Virus record (IMG/VR): IMGVR_UViG_3300014057_000005
Span: 32,001 to 96,000 of that record
Length of the DNA: 64,000 nt
Source: a virus
Taxonomy: Duplodnaviria > Caudoviricetes
Direction: 5' to 3' (one strand)
Shown: one piece after another, positions 19,836-29,132 of the stretch
How positions within the stretch are numbered: the first letter of the stretch is position 1
Layout of the letters: every line of letters begins with the position of its first letter
Made by a program: the position numbers and the translations under genes
Notes under the pieces: generated by a model
What the model saw: only the letters and a program-made list of their open reading frames with translations
Database searches by the model: none
Told to the model about the DNA's origin: nothing

Positions 19836-21703
19836 GGAAATACTATCCTGATATCAGCCACTATCGAAAAGTGACAGACTGGGGCAAGGTCAAACAGCCC
19901 TGCCCCTTTATTATTTGCAAAGCCACACAAGGCACCTCTTTTGTTGACCCAACGCTAAAAGAATTTATTGACGGGTGCGAGAAAAACGAGATTCCTTATT
20001 GGCTCTATTGTTATCTGAATAAGGGCGACGAATTACCACAGGCCGAATTTATGGTAAAAACCTGCGAACCACTCGTGGGTAATTTCTTTGTTGGCTACGC
20101 ACTTGATGTGGAAGCCGATAACACATATGACGGGGTGAAGAAAGCACTTGAATTCATCAAGACGAAACGCCCCAAAGCACTTCTCTACATTGGTCGTTCA
20201 TTCTACGAGAAGGACTTATTTAAAAACATTATCATTAATCGCGGAGATAATGTTGCCTTCTGGCAGGCTCGTTACGGGAAAAATGACGGCCTTTATGAAA
20301 CGTACGACTATAACAAATACCCGATTAGTCCCGGCGTTGACCTTCATCAATATACGAGCGCTGGAAATGTGCCGGGTATTGATAAACCCTGTGACTGCAA
20401 CATGATTATCGGGGGCAATAAAGACGAGGCGTGGTATACCACGGTCGCCAAAGAGGAAAAGGAGGAAAAGAATATGGCTTATACGGCTGCGGCGGTAATC
20501 GCTGAAGCTAGAAAATGGGAAGGCTATCTGGAAAAATCGAAGACCGGAACGGATGCACAGCTTCAAAGTAAAACTTGGAGTCCGGGCGAAAAGAATATTA
20601 CTTGGTTCTGGCAGTGGCTTTACAACCACGGACTTTGCACAAAGAGCTATCTTGTTGGGGCGGCATGGTGCGACGCGTTCAACGATTATTGCCACGCGGT
20701 TGTTGGAGGCATCGACAAGGCTACTAAGTCTCTCGGGGGATTTTCCTATTACACCCCTACTTCTGCGTCTTACTACAAAAAGGCAGGCAGATGGATCCCG
20801 GCGAATGGAACGCCTAAGGCAGGCGACCAGATTTTCTTTAAGAACAGTACGCGGATTTACCACACCGGAATCGTAATAGATGTCACATCCAGCAAGGTGT
20901 ATACAATCGAGGGCAATACAAGTTCTGCTTCTGGCGTTGTTGAGAACGGCGGTTGTGTGCGTGAGAAATCCTACTCTCGTTCCTCTTCTGCTATCGCTGG
21001 CTACGGCAGGCCGCTTTATGATTCTGAGAGCAATCCCGACCTGTCTAAAGGAAGCAAAGGGAACGCGGTAGGCGAACTGCAAACTATGCTGAATAAAGTC
21101 GCCAACGCAAAACTGACTGTCGATAGGGATTTTGGGTCTGCTACACAGAAAGCGCTTCTAGCATATCAGAAATCGAAGGGGCTTGACGCTGATGGAATTT
21201 ATGGGCAAAAGACCCGTGCGGCTCTCGTCGCTGACTACTCTAAAGCCATGAATGGTTTCAACCAGTGCGTGAAAGACTTTGAGGCGTGGTCTGCCGAAAC
21301 ATATCCGGGGACTTCGAAGAAAGCCATTGGGCGGACGCTCAATTCGACCGGCTACTGGGGAGAGAACGAGAACGACAAGTATGTTGCTCTCGCTATTTTC
21401 AAGTACAATCTGAACGATGATTACAACGCGGACGATCTCTACCTTGATAACCATAACTGGACAAAGGCGACTGACGAAGCGGCGGCTCGTGCTGTGCTTC
21501 AGAAGGGCACAACCGCAAATCACATGACAAGAGTCCTTAAGGCGCTCCTCGCTGCGCAAGGTTTTTACTTTGGGAAGTTTGACGGTGTGTTCGATGACGA
21601 AGTGGAACAGGCGGTCTATGCCGAGCAGAAATACTTTGGCCTTGGGCAGAACGGCAAGGTCGAGCGGCGAGACTGGAAGTGCCTGTTTGGATTTGGCAAA
21701 TAA
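19832..21703 (+). CDS. Multidomain endolysin: GH25 muramidase + CHAP + peptidoglycan-binding domains
   Basis: ATG at 19832 overlapping holin stop (ATGA); DISHY and LDVE (GH25); WCDAF, HTGIV, TIEGNT (CHAP); LSKGSKG..V..LQ..L PG-binding repeat. Confidence 0.9.
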   Translation: MRKYYPDISHYRKVTDWGKVKQPCPFIICKATQGTSFVDPTLKEFIDGCEKNEIPYWLYCYLNKGDELPQAEFMVKTCEPLVGNFFVGYALDVEADNTYDGVKKALEFIKTKRPKALLYIGRSFYEKDLFKNIIINRGDNVAFWQARYGKNDGLYETYDYNKYPISPGVDLHQYTSAGNVPGIDKPCDCNMIIGGNKDEAWYTTVAKEEKEEKNMAYTAAAVIAEARKWEGYLEKSKTGTDAQLQSKTWSPGEKNITWFWQWLYNHGLCTKSYLVGAAWCDAFNDYCHAVVGGIDKATKSLGGFSYYTPTSASYYKKAGRWIPANGTPKAGDQIFFKNSTRIYHTGIVIDVTSSKVYTIEGNTSSASGVVENGGCVREKSYSRSSSAIAGYGRPLYDSESNPDLSKGSKGNAVGELQTMLNKVANAKLTVDRDFGSATQKALLAYQKSKGLDADGIYGQKTRAALVADYSKAMNGFNQCVKDFEAWSAETYPGTSKKAIGRTLNSTGYWGENENDKYVALAIFKYNLNDDYNADDLYLDNHNWTKATDEAAARAVLQKGTTANHMTRVLKALLAAQGFYFGKFDGVFDDEVEQAVYAEQKYFGLGQNGKVERRDWKCLFGFGK

Positions 21704-21712
21704 GGGGAATTT

Positions 21713-22186
21713 ATGAGAACAAGAAGAAAAGAATATGAGTTTACTCCGGCGGCGGACAAAACCACGATGCATGATGTGGCAATGCAGATTTGGAACACAA
21801 CGAAGTCTAAGGAACAAGAGGAGAAGGTCGGCGAGCCTATTTCAAAGGCAAATATGGTAGACGATTCTCTTGCGAAGACAAATGCTTTCACTGGCGTAAA
21901 CGACACAAATAAAAAAAGAGCCGCTATCCGTGCGGTTCAACGTGCGCTCAATATTGAGATCGCAGGTTCGAACAAAGAGGATGGCGAGCTGGACAAACTG
22001 ACGAAGGCTCAACTAAACCAAGTTCGAGTTGCCAAAGGAGAAAAGAGTTATCTTGTAAGCGCCGCTCTTCTGCTTCTGGATATGGACGGTAAATACGACA
22101 AGGAAATTGAGATGCCTGCGGTGATGGGCGACCAGTTCGGCGCAGAGCTACTGACGAGAAATACTTTCAGAGATCTTGGCGTATAA
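21713..22186 (+). CDS. Hypothetical protein with degenerate PG-binding-like segment
   Basis: AIRAVQRALN...DGELDKLT. Confidence 0.55.
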   Translation: MRTRRKEYEFTPAADKTTMHDVAMQIWNTTKSKEQEEKVGEPISKANMVDDSLAKTNAFTGVNDTNKKRAAIRAVQRALNIEIAGSNKEDGELDKLTKAQLNQVRVAKGEKSYLVSAALLLLDMDGKYDKEIEMPAVMGDQFGAELLTRNTFRDLGV

Positions 22187-22193
22187 CTTTTAT

Positions 22194-22226
22194 GGGATTA
22201 CCCGTGTGGTAGTCCCTATTTTTTTT
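22194..22226 (+). terminator. Late-operon intrinsic terminator
   Basis: GGGATTACC-CGTGT-GGTAGTCCC followed by a long T run. Confidence 0.85.
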
Positions 22227-22266
22227 GCGCTTTGGCGTTATAGGGGGTGTTGTTTTGGACTCTAAA

Positions 22267-22518
22267 TTTACGCCAATTTTACGCCAATCGGCTATAAAAC
22301 TATATAGGGATATATAAAGTTACATAGAGTGCAATTGCTGAAGAAATCCAGTATTTATAAGGGTTTATAGGCTTTTGTGGAGTTATATGGTGTTATGTGA
22401 AAAATGCATTTTGACTCCGATACCTAATTTCATTTGTACTTTACCCTCTCAAAAAACCTTGATTTTTCAACGTTTTTTCGGTTTCGCCTTCGGAATTTTA
22501 CGCCATTTCTACGCCATC
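22267..22518. other. Putative attP with two pairs of 11-bp arm-type direct repeats
   Basis: TTTACGCCAAT x2 at 22267-22288 and TTTACGCCATT/TCTACGCCATC at 22497-22518, immediately downstream of the integrase. Confidence 0.75.
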
Positions 22519-22529
22519 TAACGCAAAAA

Positions 22530-23753
22530 TCAGCCACACGCCGCCTCAAACAGCTTTATCGCTTCTAGCTTTGAGTCGTCGCTGACATGAACGTAAGTGT
22601 CCATTGTTGTTTTAATTGACGCATGCCCGAGCAGTTGTTGCAGAACTTTGGGCGGGACTCCGCGCTCAATTGCTCTCGTAGCGAACGTATGTCGCAGTGC
22701 ATGCATGCTGAATGGTTTAATGCCTGCCTCTTGGCAGAGCTTATACAGGTGTGTGTCGTAGGAGCTACTCTTCGCTGGCATACCGACCCGCCAGTTAATG
22801 AAGACGAGATCCTTCATACAGAAACTTATCGTCTCCCCTGTGTATCGGTCTGTATACCGCAACTCCTGTTCAAGCTGTGGCGACCTTTTTTGCGTGTCGC
22901 GCTCGTTGTAAATGTCGAGCAAAATCTGATACGCCCGCGTCGTCAACGGAATCACACGGTAACTCGTTGGTGTTTTTGGCGCTCCGGCATACCACTCTCC
23001 GCGAGAGTGCCTATACTCAAGCGTCTTATTAACCGTGATTGTGCGATTCTGAAAGTTAACTGCGTCCCATGTAAGCCCGACCAGTTCTCCCATTCGCAAA
23101 CCAGTCTCAAGGACAAATGCGTATTGCCTATAGTTATGAGAGCGCTTCGCGACCTGTAAGAATAGCTCTTGTTCGCTGGCTGTTAGATACCGCACCGCCG
23201 ATGCCTTGCGAACCGCCTTGGTATAACGTACGCCGTCCATTGGGTGTTTCACAATCACATCATTCATTTTGGCGGACTTAAACATCGTCCCCATCATGAT
23301 GTATGTCTGCCTGATTGTAGATCCCGCGTAATCGGCATCCATGTCGGCCAGAATCTTGCGGCAATGCAGTGCTTTCACATCGCGAATACGCATGTTGCCA
23401 ATCAATGGTTTGACGTTCGCCACATACCGATCCCGGTAATTACGCCTTGTGTTCCACGCCAACCCGGCATTCATGGTGTCCATCCACAGCGTATACCATT
23501 CGTCAACCGTCATTTCCGACATTTCGCTCGGACAGCTGTCTCCCAAACTGGCTACCATCTCAAATGGCGCTAGTGCAGTCTCGTGAGCACTTTTGTATCT
23601 GGCATCCGCCAACCAACTTTTCGCCTCTTTCAGTGAAGGGAAGTACTTCTCGACACGCCTACCTGCTTTGTTTGTAAACCTTGCTGAATATCTACCATCC
23701 TTTCTTTGTGAGAGACCCTCGCCTATCTCTCTGCCTTTTAGGTTTTTGCCCAC
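22530..23753 (-). CDS. int: Tyrosine integrase (Tn916/lambda-like)
   Basis: GTG at 23753 after GAAAGGAG; arm-binding N-terminus QRKDGRY.ARF; TGLRMGE, HALRHTFAT, LLGHASIKTTMDTY. Confidence 0.95.
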   Translation of the reverse strand: MGKNLKGREIGEGLSQRKDGRYSARFTNKAGRRVEKYFPSLKEAKSWLADARYKSAHETALAPFEMVASLGDSCPSEMSEMTVDEWYTLWMDTMNAGLAWNTRRNYRDRYVANVKPLIGNMRIRDVKALHCRKILADMDADYAGSTIRQTYIMMGTMFKSAKMNDVIVKHPMDGVRYTKAVRKASAVRYLTASEQELFLQVAKRSHNYRQYAFVLETGLRMGELVGLTWDAVNFQNRTITVNKTLEYRHSRGEWYAGAPKTPTSYRVIPLTTRAYQILLDIYNERDTQKRSPQLEQELRYTDRYTGETISFCMKDLVFINWRVGMPAKSSSYDTHLYKLCQEAGIKPFSMHALRHTFATRAIERGVPPKVLQQLLGHASIKTTMDTYVHVSDDSKLEAIKLFEAACG

Positions 23754-23776
23754 CTTGGTACTCCTTTCTCCAATGA

Positions 23777-23830
23777 AAAAAGAGTCCAAAACAACCATAT
23801 TATTATACTATGGGCGGACTCTTTTCTCAA
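23777..23830 (-). promoter_or_regulatory. Integrase promoter (TTGAGA-17-TATAAT) inside an inverted repeat that could also terminate the xis transcript
   Basis: -35 at 23825-23830, -10 at 23802-23807; AAAAGAGTCC/GGACTCTTTT arms. Confidence 0.6.
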
Positions 23831-23841
23831 GGTAGTTTCAC

Positions 23842-24054
23842 TTATATTTCAGAGCGTTCGCTTAGGAATCGCTCAAACTCTTTGCGCTTTACCAGTTTTT
23901 TGTTGCCAACAAAGAGAACAAACGGGCACTGAGGGGCTTTCAGCAGTTGGCTGATGCGGTTCTGCCCGATGTTACTATATGCGGCTGCTTCGGCAATGGT
24001 CAGCGCACACTTCTCAGGAATTGAAACACTCTCTTCTTTGCGTAATCTGGTCAA
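23842..24054 (-). CDS. xis: Excisionase (Tn916 Xis-like)
   Basis: ALTIAEAAAYSNIGQNRI..L....CPFVLFVGNKKLVKRKEFE; TTG start after GAGGAG. Confidence 0.85.
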   Translation of the reverse strand: MTRLRKEESVSIPEKCALTIAEAAAYSNIGQNRISQLLKAPQCPFVLFVGNKKLVKRKEFERFLSERSEI

Positions 24055-24463
24055 GTAACTCCTCTCCCGCTTCTGCCAAAACATATCGTGCAAAGGCTTC
24101 ATCGTCTGGATCGTATTTAAGATATTCGCGCCTAGCACCTACAACTCCAATCGTGTTGTACTGGTTAACAACGTTCTTATACCCGTCTTCTATCGGAACT
24201 TTCATAACTAATTTGAGCGACAGCGCATCCTCAGGAACCCATAGCACTACCTTGCCAGCACGGGTCTGCCCGAAAACAAATCCAAAGTCTTCCTCTGCCT
24301 GCATAATTTCTTTGAGTTTTAATGTTTCACCACTCACCGTATGCCGTTCGCCATCGATGATAATCTCGCACTGAATTTGTAACTCTGTTGTATTTTCTGG
24401 AATCTGGCAAATAACTGCCATGTTTTCGCATTCATATAGATCGCCCTTATTTGGCATCGGCAC
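24014..24463 (-). CDS. Hypothetical protein
   Basis: AGGAGGG RBS, coupled to neighbours. Confidence 0.55.
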   Translation of the reverse strand: MPMPNKGDLYECENMAVICQIPENTTELQIQCEIIIDGERHTVSGETLKLKEIMQAEEDFGFVFGQTRAGKVVLWVPEDALSLKLVMKVPIEDGYKNVVNQYNTIGVVGARREYLKYDPDDEAFARYVLAEAGEELLDQITQRRECFNS

Positions 24464-24773
24464 CCTCCTTCTTTATAGCCTTGCGCAGGAGACCGTTCTG
24501 TAGCCACCCGAGAACCGTTCGCATCGCAGCGCTCTTAATGACCTCAATATGTTTGACTCTGCCGTTAAACATAACCCATGTCTGTTCTAATAACTCGTCT
24601 AGGCTTCTAATGGGGTCGCCAGAAGCAAACATTCGTTTACTTTCTAAGAACGCTTGGTGCTCTCTGTACGGAATGCACTCCCGGCAGTATGGGTTAAAAA
24701 TACTCGTCGTGCGTCTGCCTTTCCACTCAAACGCCATTGGGCAGTACTGGCACGGGTTTCGGCTCACACTCAC
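24447..24773 (-). CDS. Hypothetical Cys-rich protein
   Basis: CxxC pairs; GTGA overlap. Confidence 0.55.
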   Translation of the reverse strand: MSVSRNPCQYCPMAFEWKGRRTTSIFNPYCRECIPYREHQAFLESKRMFASGDPIRSLDELLEQTWVMFNGRVKHIEVIKSAAMRTVLGWLQNGLLRKAIKKEGADAK

Positions 24774-24968
24774 TTCTTCTTCCCTTTCTTTTTCTTCTTT
24801 GGCGGTTTAGGCGATTCTTCGATTTCTTGTGCCAACTTCGCAAGGCATCGCTCATACATTAGTTGCTTGTTCTCTGGCGGATATGTAACGCGAAGGCATT
24901 CCTCGTAGGTATTTGCAATATTCATCACAATGAAGGCCGCCAGATACTCGTCGTTGCTTTTAAGGTAC

Positions 24969-25235
24969 TCACTGAGTGTCATCCGTTCCCTCCAGTGTAT
25001 AGATACTGTTCTCGGTAAAAACCTTGAAGCCACCGTTGAAATCTTCCACCTTCTTCACTGGCGATGTGATGAATCCAATGCGGGGATCCCCATCCGCATA
25101 CCGAAACAGAAAACGAAGTTCCTTATCTCTAAGGTACGTAGCCTCCGCATCGTATACATGAGTCCCAATACGGCTAGGCTTCTTATTCCCCTCATAATCT
25201 GTAATATCAACGATCTTGAACACGGTCTCGTACAT
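24969..25235 (-). CDS. Hypothetical protein
   Basis: TSPVKKV...VFTENSIYTL motif common in phage small proteins. Confidence 0.55.
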   Translation of the reverse strand: MYETVFKIVDITDYEGNKKPSRIGTHVYDAEATYLRDKELRFLFRYADGDPRIGFITSPVKKVEDFNGGFKVFTENSIYTLEGTDDTQ

Positions 25236-25238
25236 TTC

Positions 25239-25529
25239 TTACCCCCTACGCCTTCTAATCATTTCTACCAGATTGTTAATTTCTGTCAGTGCTTGCCACG
25301 CAGCGATGATGAGCCAAACTCCGGCGGCAGTCATAAACACAAGGTGGGAAATAGTGCCGTCCGCCAGAAAGAGGAGGAAGATATCGCACAGGCTAACAAA
25401 GAATGGGGCGCAAAACAGGAACATCCATTCTGGCGACCCCAAGACAGAAGCCTCTTCATACCGCGCAAATGCCACATAAAGCCACGCTAACATGTTAAAA
25501 AAGCCTAAAATCGACAGGCAAAGTGCCAT
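25239..25529 (-). CDS. Small membrane protein
   Basis: GGGAGG RBS; three hydrophobic helices. Confidence 0.6.
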   Translation of the reverse strand: MALCLSILGFFNMLAWLYVAFARYEEASVLGSPEWMFLFCAPFFVSLCDIFLLFLADGTISHLVFMTAAGVWLIIAAWQALTEINNLVEMIRRRRG

Positions 25530-25841
25530 TTTGACCTCCCATTCTCGTTCAAATAATTGTTTTATGAAGCCGTTTCTTATCCCTAATTTTGAGCGATTTT
25601 TCTGTCTTTTTTAGGGATGATGTGATAGGTTTGATAATATATTCGCGGTGAACGTACCCCGCAAGAAGACCGTGGTCGTATTCGTCTTTATCGATTCTTT
25701 TTCTTCTCATAACTACCTCTTATAATGGCGGAGCCGATTGCTCGACCCCGCCTCGAAATATAGGAACAGATCCCTAGGAAAATAGAAAGGAGGGTGCAAA
25801 CACATATGGAAAGGGAGAAATCGGGATCTGTATTACACTAT

Positions 25842-27158
25842 TTACACCTCGCTAAGAAGGTCTGCATCCATTGAAGCGACCTGCTCGTCTGTTAGGTTAT
25901 CCACTGCAATTCCGGCCAGACACTTGAACCAGAATCCCTTGGTCTTATAGGCTGTAAATTTCGGCCTATCTGCCAGAGTGACAACCACGCCCTCCGTGAT
26001 ATGCGTCCCGTTAGAAAGCGGTTCCGGTTGGTCTAGATACTTTTCACATCTGGCATTTAGGTCTTCCCATGTCGTGTAGAAGAACCGCTCAAGATAGGGG
26101 ACTGTATCTAATCCATGATTCGCGCACCATCTTCGCATTGTTTCATGCGGGATATCGAAGACCTCGCCATCTTCATTGGTAATCGTCATTCTATAGATGT
26201 ATGCGTGGCTCTCGCCGGGTTCGCAGCCGTAGTCGAAAACCATACGGTCGCCGTATCGTTTACGAAAATCTTTGTCGGCAACCTTTTTGACATCTGCTAC
26301 TGGCATAATCGGGGTCGAATCATTGACATACCCTACCAGTTCGCCATAGATTGTTACACCCTTCGGAAGAATCGGAGCAAGCTGTTCGGTGTACTTCTTG
26401 CGGAACTCGTTGCTCCCGTAGTAGCCACCGGAGTAATCATCGTCTAAGATGACCTTGCGTGTGCCACCTACAACCTTCCATTTCTTTTCAACAATTTCTT
26501 TTCTTGTCGGATGGAGGATCCGCTGAAGTAGGGTCGGCTTCTTATGGATCTCTTCAAGAGTGTTGCCAACGCGGAAGGAAGTACCGTGTAGCTTTCTTGT
26601 CAGATAAACCAGATCGCCCTCGTGAAACGCGTCTTGATTATAGGCAAGCTGCTCGGTATCAACATGTGGTTCAAAAAACGGAAACTCCGTGGTTTTTACC
26701 TTCTTTTTTCTCTCACCTCTCTTACCGCCGCCATTGCCTCTCTGGTTTCTTCGTATCGGAATGTATTTTCTACAAATAACCTCGTCGCCAAATTCGGAAA
26801 TTGCCTGACCTACTACTAACTTGGTTACATCACAATACGGGGATAAAACCTCAATCGGGAGGACAAGCCCCTCGGATTTTTCTTTTCGCAGCCGGATAGC
26901 CGTGATATTCCGCTTGCTAGGATCCATGTACCCGCCAATGTTGTTGCCGTCCGCGTCTTTCTTGCGAAGCAGGTTATTTTCTTCGCAAAACCGTTCGCTT
27001 AACTGTCCATCGACAGGAAAGTAAACGCACTTCTGTCCTTCATGATATTTAAGGTCGGTAATAACATTCTGTCCGTAGACCTCGAAGCACTGGAGCCGGT
27101 CTGCATTCGTGTGCTTTCTCGGCTCAGGCAGTTCTACAATATAAGCTTTATATGCCAT
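25842..27158 (-). CDS. RNA ligase (Rnl5/DRB0094-like, N-terminal OB domain)
   Basis: HTNADRL N-terminal motif; nucleotidyltransferase motifs KLHGT, YGEL, EGVVV, YKTK. Confidence 0.85.
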   Translation of the reverse strand: MAYKAYIVELPEPRKHTNADRLQCFEVYGQNVITDLKYHEGQKCVYFPVDGQLSERFCEENNLLRKKDADGNNIGGYMDPSKRNITAIRLRKEKSEGLVLPIEVLSPYCDVTKLVVGQAISEFGDEVICRKYIPIRRNQRGNGGGKRGERKKKVKTTEFPFFEPHVDTEQLAYNQDAFHEGDLVYLTRKLHGTSFRVGNTLEEIHKKPTLLQRILHPTRKEIVEKKWKVVGGTRKVILDDDYSGGYYGSNEFRKKYTEQLAPILPKGVTIYGELVGYVNDSTPIMPVADVKKVADKDFRKRYGDRMVFDYGCEPGESHAYIYRMTITNEDGEVFDIPHETMRRWCANHGLDTVPYLERFFYTTWEDLNARCEKYLDQPEPLSNGTHITEGVVVTLADRPKFTAYKTKGFWFKCLAGIAVDNLTDEQVASMDADLLSEV

Positions 27159-28071
27159 CTCTCTCCTCTCTCTTACAAGCTTTTACATCCGCCTCGTGCA
27201 GTTTTCGAAGCGAGTTGTAAAACTCCTCTCCCAAAAACTTCTTATCCCGTTCTTCTGCTCTTGGCGACTTACTCCATACGAACGGACGCATATGCCAACG
27301 AATCAGATTTGCGACCTCTAATGTGTACTGCACCGTATGTCCGCCAGTAAGAAGATGCGGTAATACATAATAGCTTGAGCAGCAATCGTGCCCGTAGTAG
27401 TGCGCAACGCCGTTCTCATCGAAGGACTGGGTAAATAGCTTCCCATAGTCATGATAAAGAGCCGCGCAGAATAGCTTGGTATCACAAGGGCAACAGTTCC
27501 ATGCCGTGAGTGCGCAGTGTTCGCCGAGCGTATATGGATGGTGAGGATTGCGCTGGTCGAACCCATCAATTTTACGCAAATCCATCATGCCGTCTTTACT
27601 TTGGACGCTTGGCGGCATCAAAAGTTCGATATCGTCCCAACCTTCTTGAAACATAGGTGGGTCGAAACTGGTAAGTTGTCTCGTATACACCTCATCAGGG
27701 ACAACAAACTCGCGTTTTACATTCCGCTCCTTCAACATTTCTACTGGCAAGACAAAACACTTTAATTCCTTGCGACACGGGACTTTGGCAATCTGCTCTA
27801 AGAAAGCCATGCGCCGTTTACGCTTGATGTTGGTCGCGTCATATACAACGGTCTGCCCATTGCGAAGAGCCGCTATAGCGCGACCGTGCAATTCGCTAAA
27901 GACCTGTCTCTGTTCTTTCTGGCTATACCCACCAGAGCCGAAGAGGTTTCGCCGGATTTCATCTGACGATAAGACCACATACTCTGGGTAGACAATTCTC
28001 GCCGAGTGTGCCCAAGACGACTTCCCAGAAGCAGGTAAACCCATTAACATAATCAGTCGTGCTTCTTCCAC
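27148..28071 (-). CDS. Polynucleotide kinase - HD phosphoesterase (RNA end healing)
   Basis: GTG start at 28071; P-loop GLPASGKS, DEIR, YDATN; HD domain H..TLGEH, YHDYGK, HM, LHEAD. Confidence 0.85.
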   Translation of the reverse strand: MEEARLIMLMGLPASGKSSWAHSARIVYPEYVVLSSDEIRRNLFGSGGYSQKEQRQVFSELHGRAIAALRNGQTVVYDATNIKRKRRMAFLEQIAKVPCRKELKCFVLPVEMLKERNVKREFVVPDEVYTRQLTSFDPPMFQEGWDDIELLMPPSVQSKDGMMDLRKIDGFDQRNPHHPYTLGEHCALTAWNCCPCDTKLFCAALYHDYGKLFTQSFDENGVAHYYGHDCCSSYYVLPHLLTGGHTVQYTLEVANLIRWHMRPFVWSKSPRAEERDKKFLGEEFYNSLRKLHEADVKACKREERDGI

Positions 28072-28228
28072 GCCCCCACTCTCCCTCTCGGTTCGCACCT
28101 CTGAACGTAACCGTCCTCGTAGTAAATCTCTGTGCAGTATCCGTCTGTACTTGCATGTGTTACTTCGCCATGTTCTCGGCGGGGATAGAAACGCTTTGGG
28201 TCTTTGTGTTTTCTGTCGTGTCGTCTCA

Positions 28229-28417
28229 TTATTCTCCTTTGCCAAAGAGGAAAGCTTTGTCGTTACACAGGTCTCTAACGTTCGTTCTCGTGATCCGCCC
28301 AGTATAGAGGCATGACGGGCATCGGTAATATTTAACGATTCGTCCCGGCTCGAAATGGTATGCGCGGTGCATCTTTATACCGCACTTCTTGCAAATCTTC
28401 ATGCAGGCTCCTTTCAT
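28229..28417 (-). CDS. Small zinc-ribbon protein
   Basis: CKKC...CPSC. Confidence 0.6.
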   Translation of the reverse strand: MKGACMKICKKCGIKMHRAYHFEPGRIVKYYRCPSCLYTGRITRTNVRDLCNDKAFLFGKGE

Positions 28418-28593
28418 TCCTTATCTGGACTATTGTTTTTAATAGGCCAAAAGTATTCGCACCTCTCGCATCCGGGTTCCCTCGGAGTCTCTACAAAATA
28501 CGACTGCCAATAAGGATCTGGCTTTGCAGTAAACCGCCAACACCGATTCCTGTCTCGGCATCCCGCATCCCTACACATCGTAATATCTGGCAT
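28414..28593 (-). CDS. Small Cys-rich protein
   Basis: ATG at 28593 after AAGGAGGGG; DITMC....C.....CWRF...QSYF motif. Confidence 0.65.
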   Translation of the reverse strand: MPDITMCRDAGCRDRNRCWRFTAKPDPYWQSYFVETPREPGCERCEYFWPIKNNSPDKE

Positions 28594-28612
28594 CGTCCCC
28601 TCCTTTCGAGAA

Positions 28613-28682
28613 TTAGAGCGGCGGGATTCGAACCCGCATTTGCAGACTACAATTCTGCCCTCCCACCAATGAGTGCACCCTA
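28613..28682 (-). tRNA. Atypical tRNA or tRNA-like element, anticodon UGU (Thr)
   Basis: Acceptor TAGGGTG/CGCTCTA, D-stem CTC/GAG, anticodon arm GCAGA-ATTGTAG-TCTGC, T-arm GCGGG-TTCGAAT-CCCGC; C instead of U8; no encoded CCA. Confidence 0.65.
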
Positions 28683-28763
28683 ACAAACACGCTAACCAAA
28701 AGTGAAATAGTGAGATGTTTTGCTAAAATATGTGACAGTTAGCTAGTTAACGAGTTTTATATG

Positions 28764-29123
28764 ACAACCCGTCACAATAGCAGCCGTGCGATGAATTATC
28801 GAGCAATTGCGTCTCCAACCCCTTAAACGTTCCTCACGGATTTTTGGATTTAGTAAACAATGTTTTCTATTACATATTACATAAACAAGTTCTAATACTT
28901 ACTGAATACTCATTGAACAATAATGAGTAAGCAATAACCAATCCGACGTTCAGTTTGCCATTTTTAAAGCGCATAGCTGTCGCGCTAAAAACGGCTCTTT
29001 TAGAATAATCGTAATCGTACTTGATTATGTAGGGGCGGTTCTTTTTATTGTTTTACTTTGTTCAGACCGCCGAACAGAACAAAGGGACGCAAGTTCATAA
29101 TTTTCGCTACTGTGACAGGTTGT
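28764..29123 (-). ncRNA. Candidate ~360-nt structured ncRNA
   Basis: 18-bp closing stem with two G-U pairs on the minus strand only; several internal hairpins; no credible ORF. Confidence 0.7.
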
Positions 29124-29132
29124 AGGTCAAGA

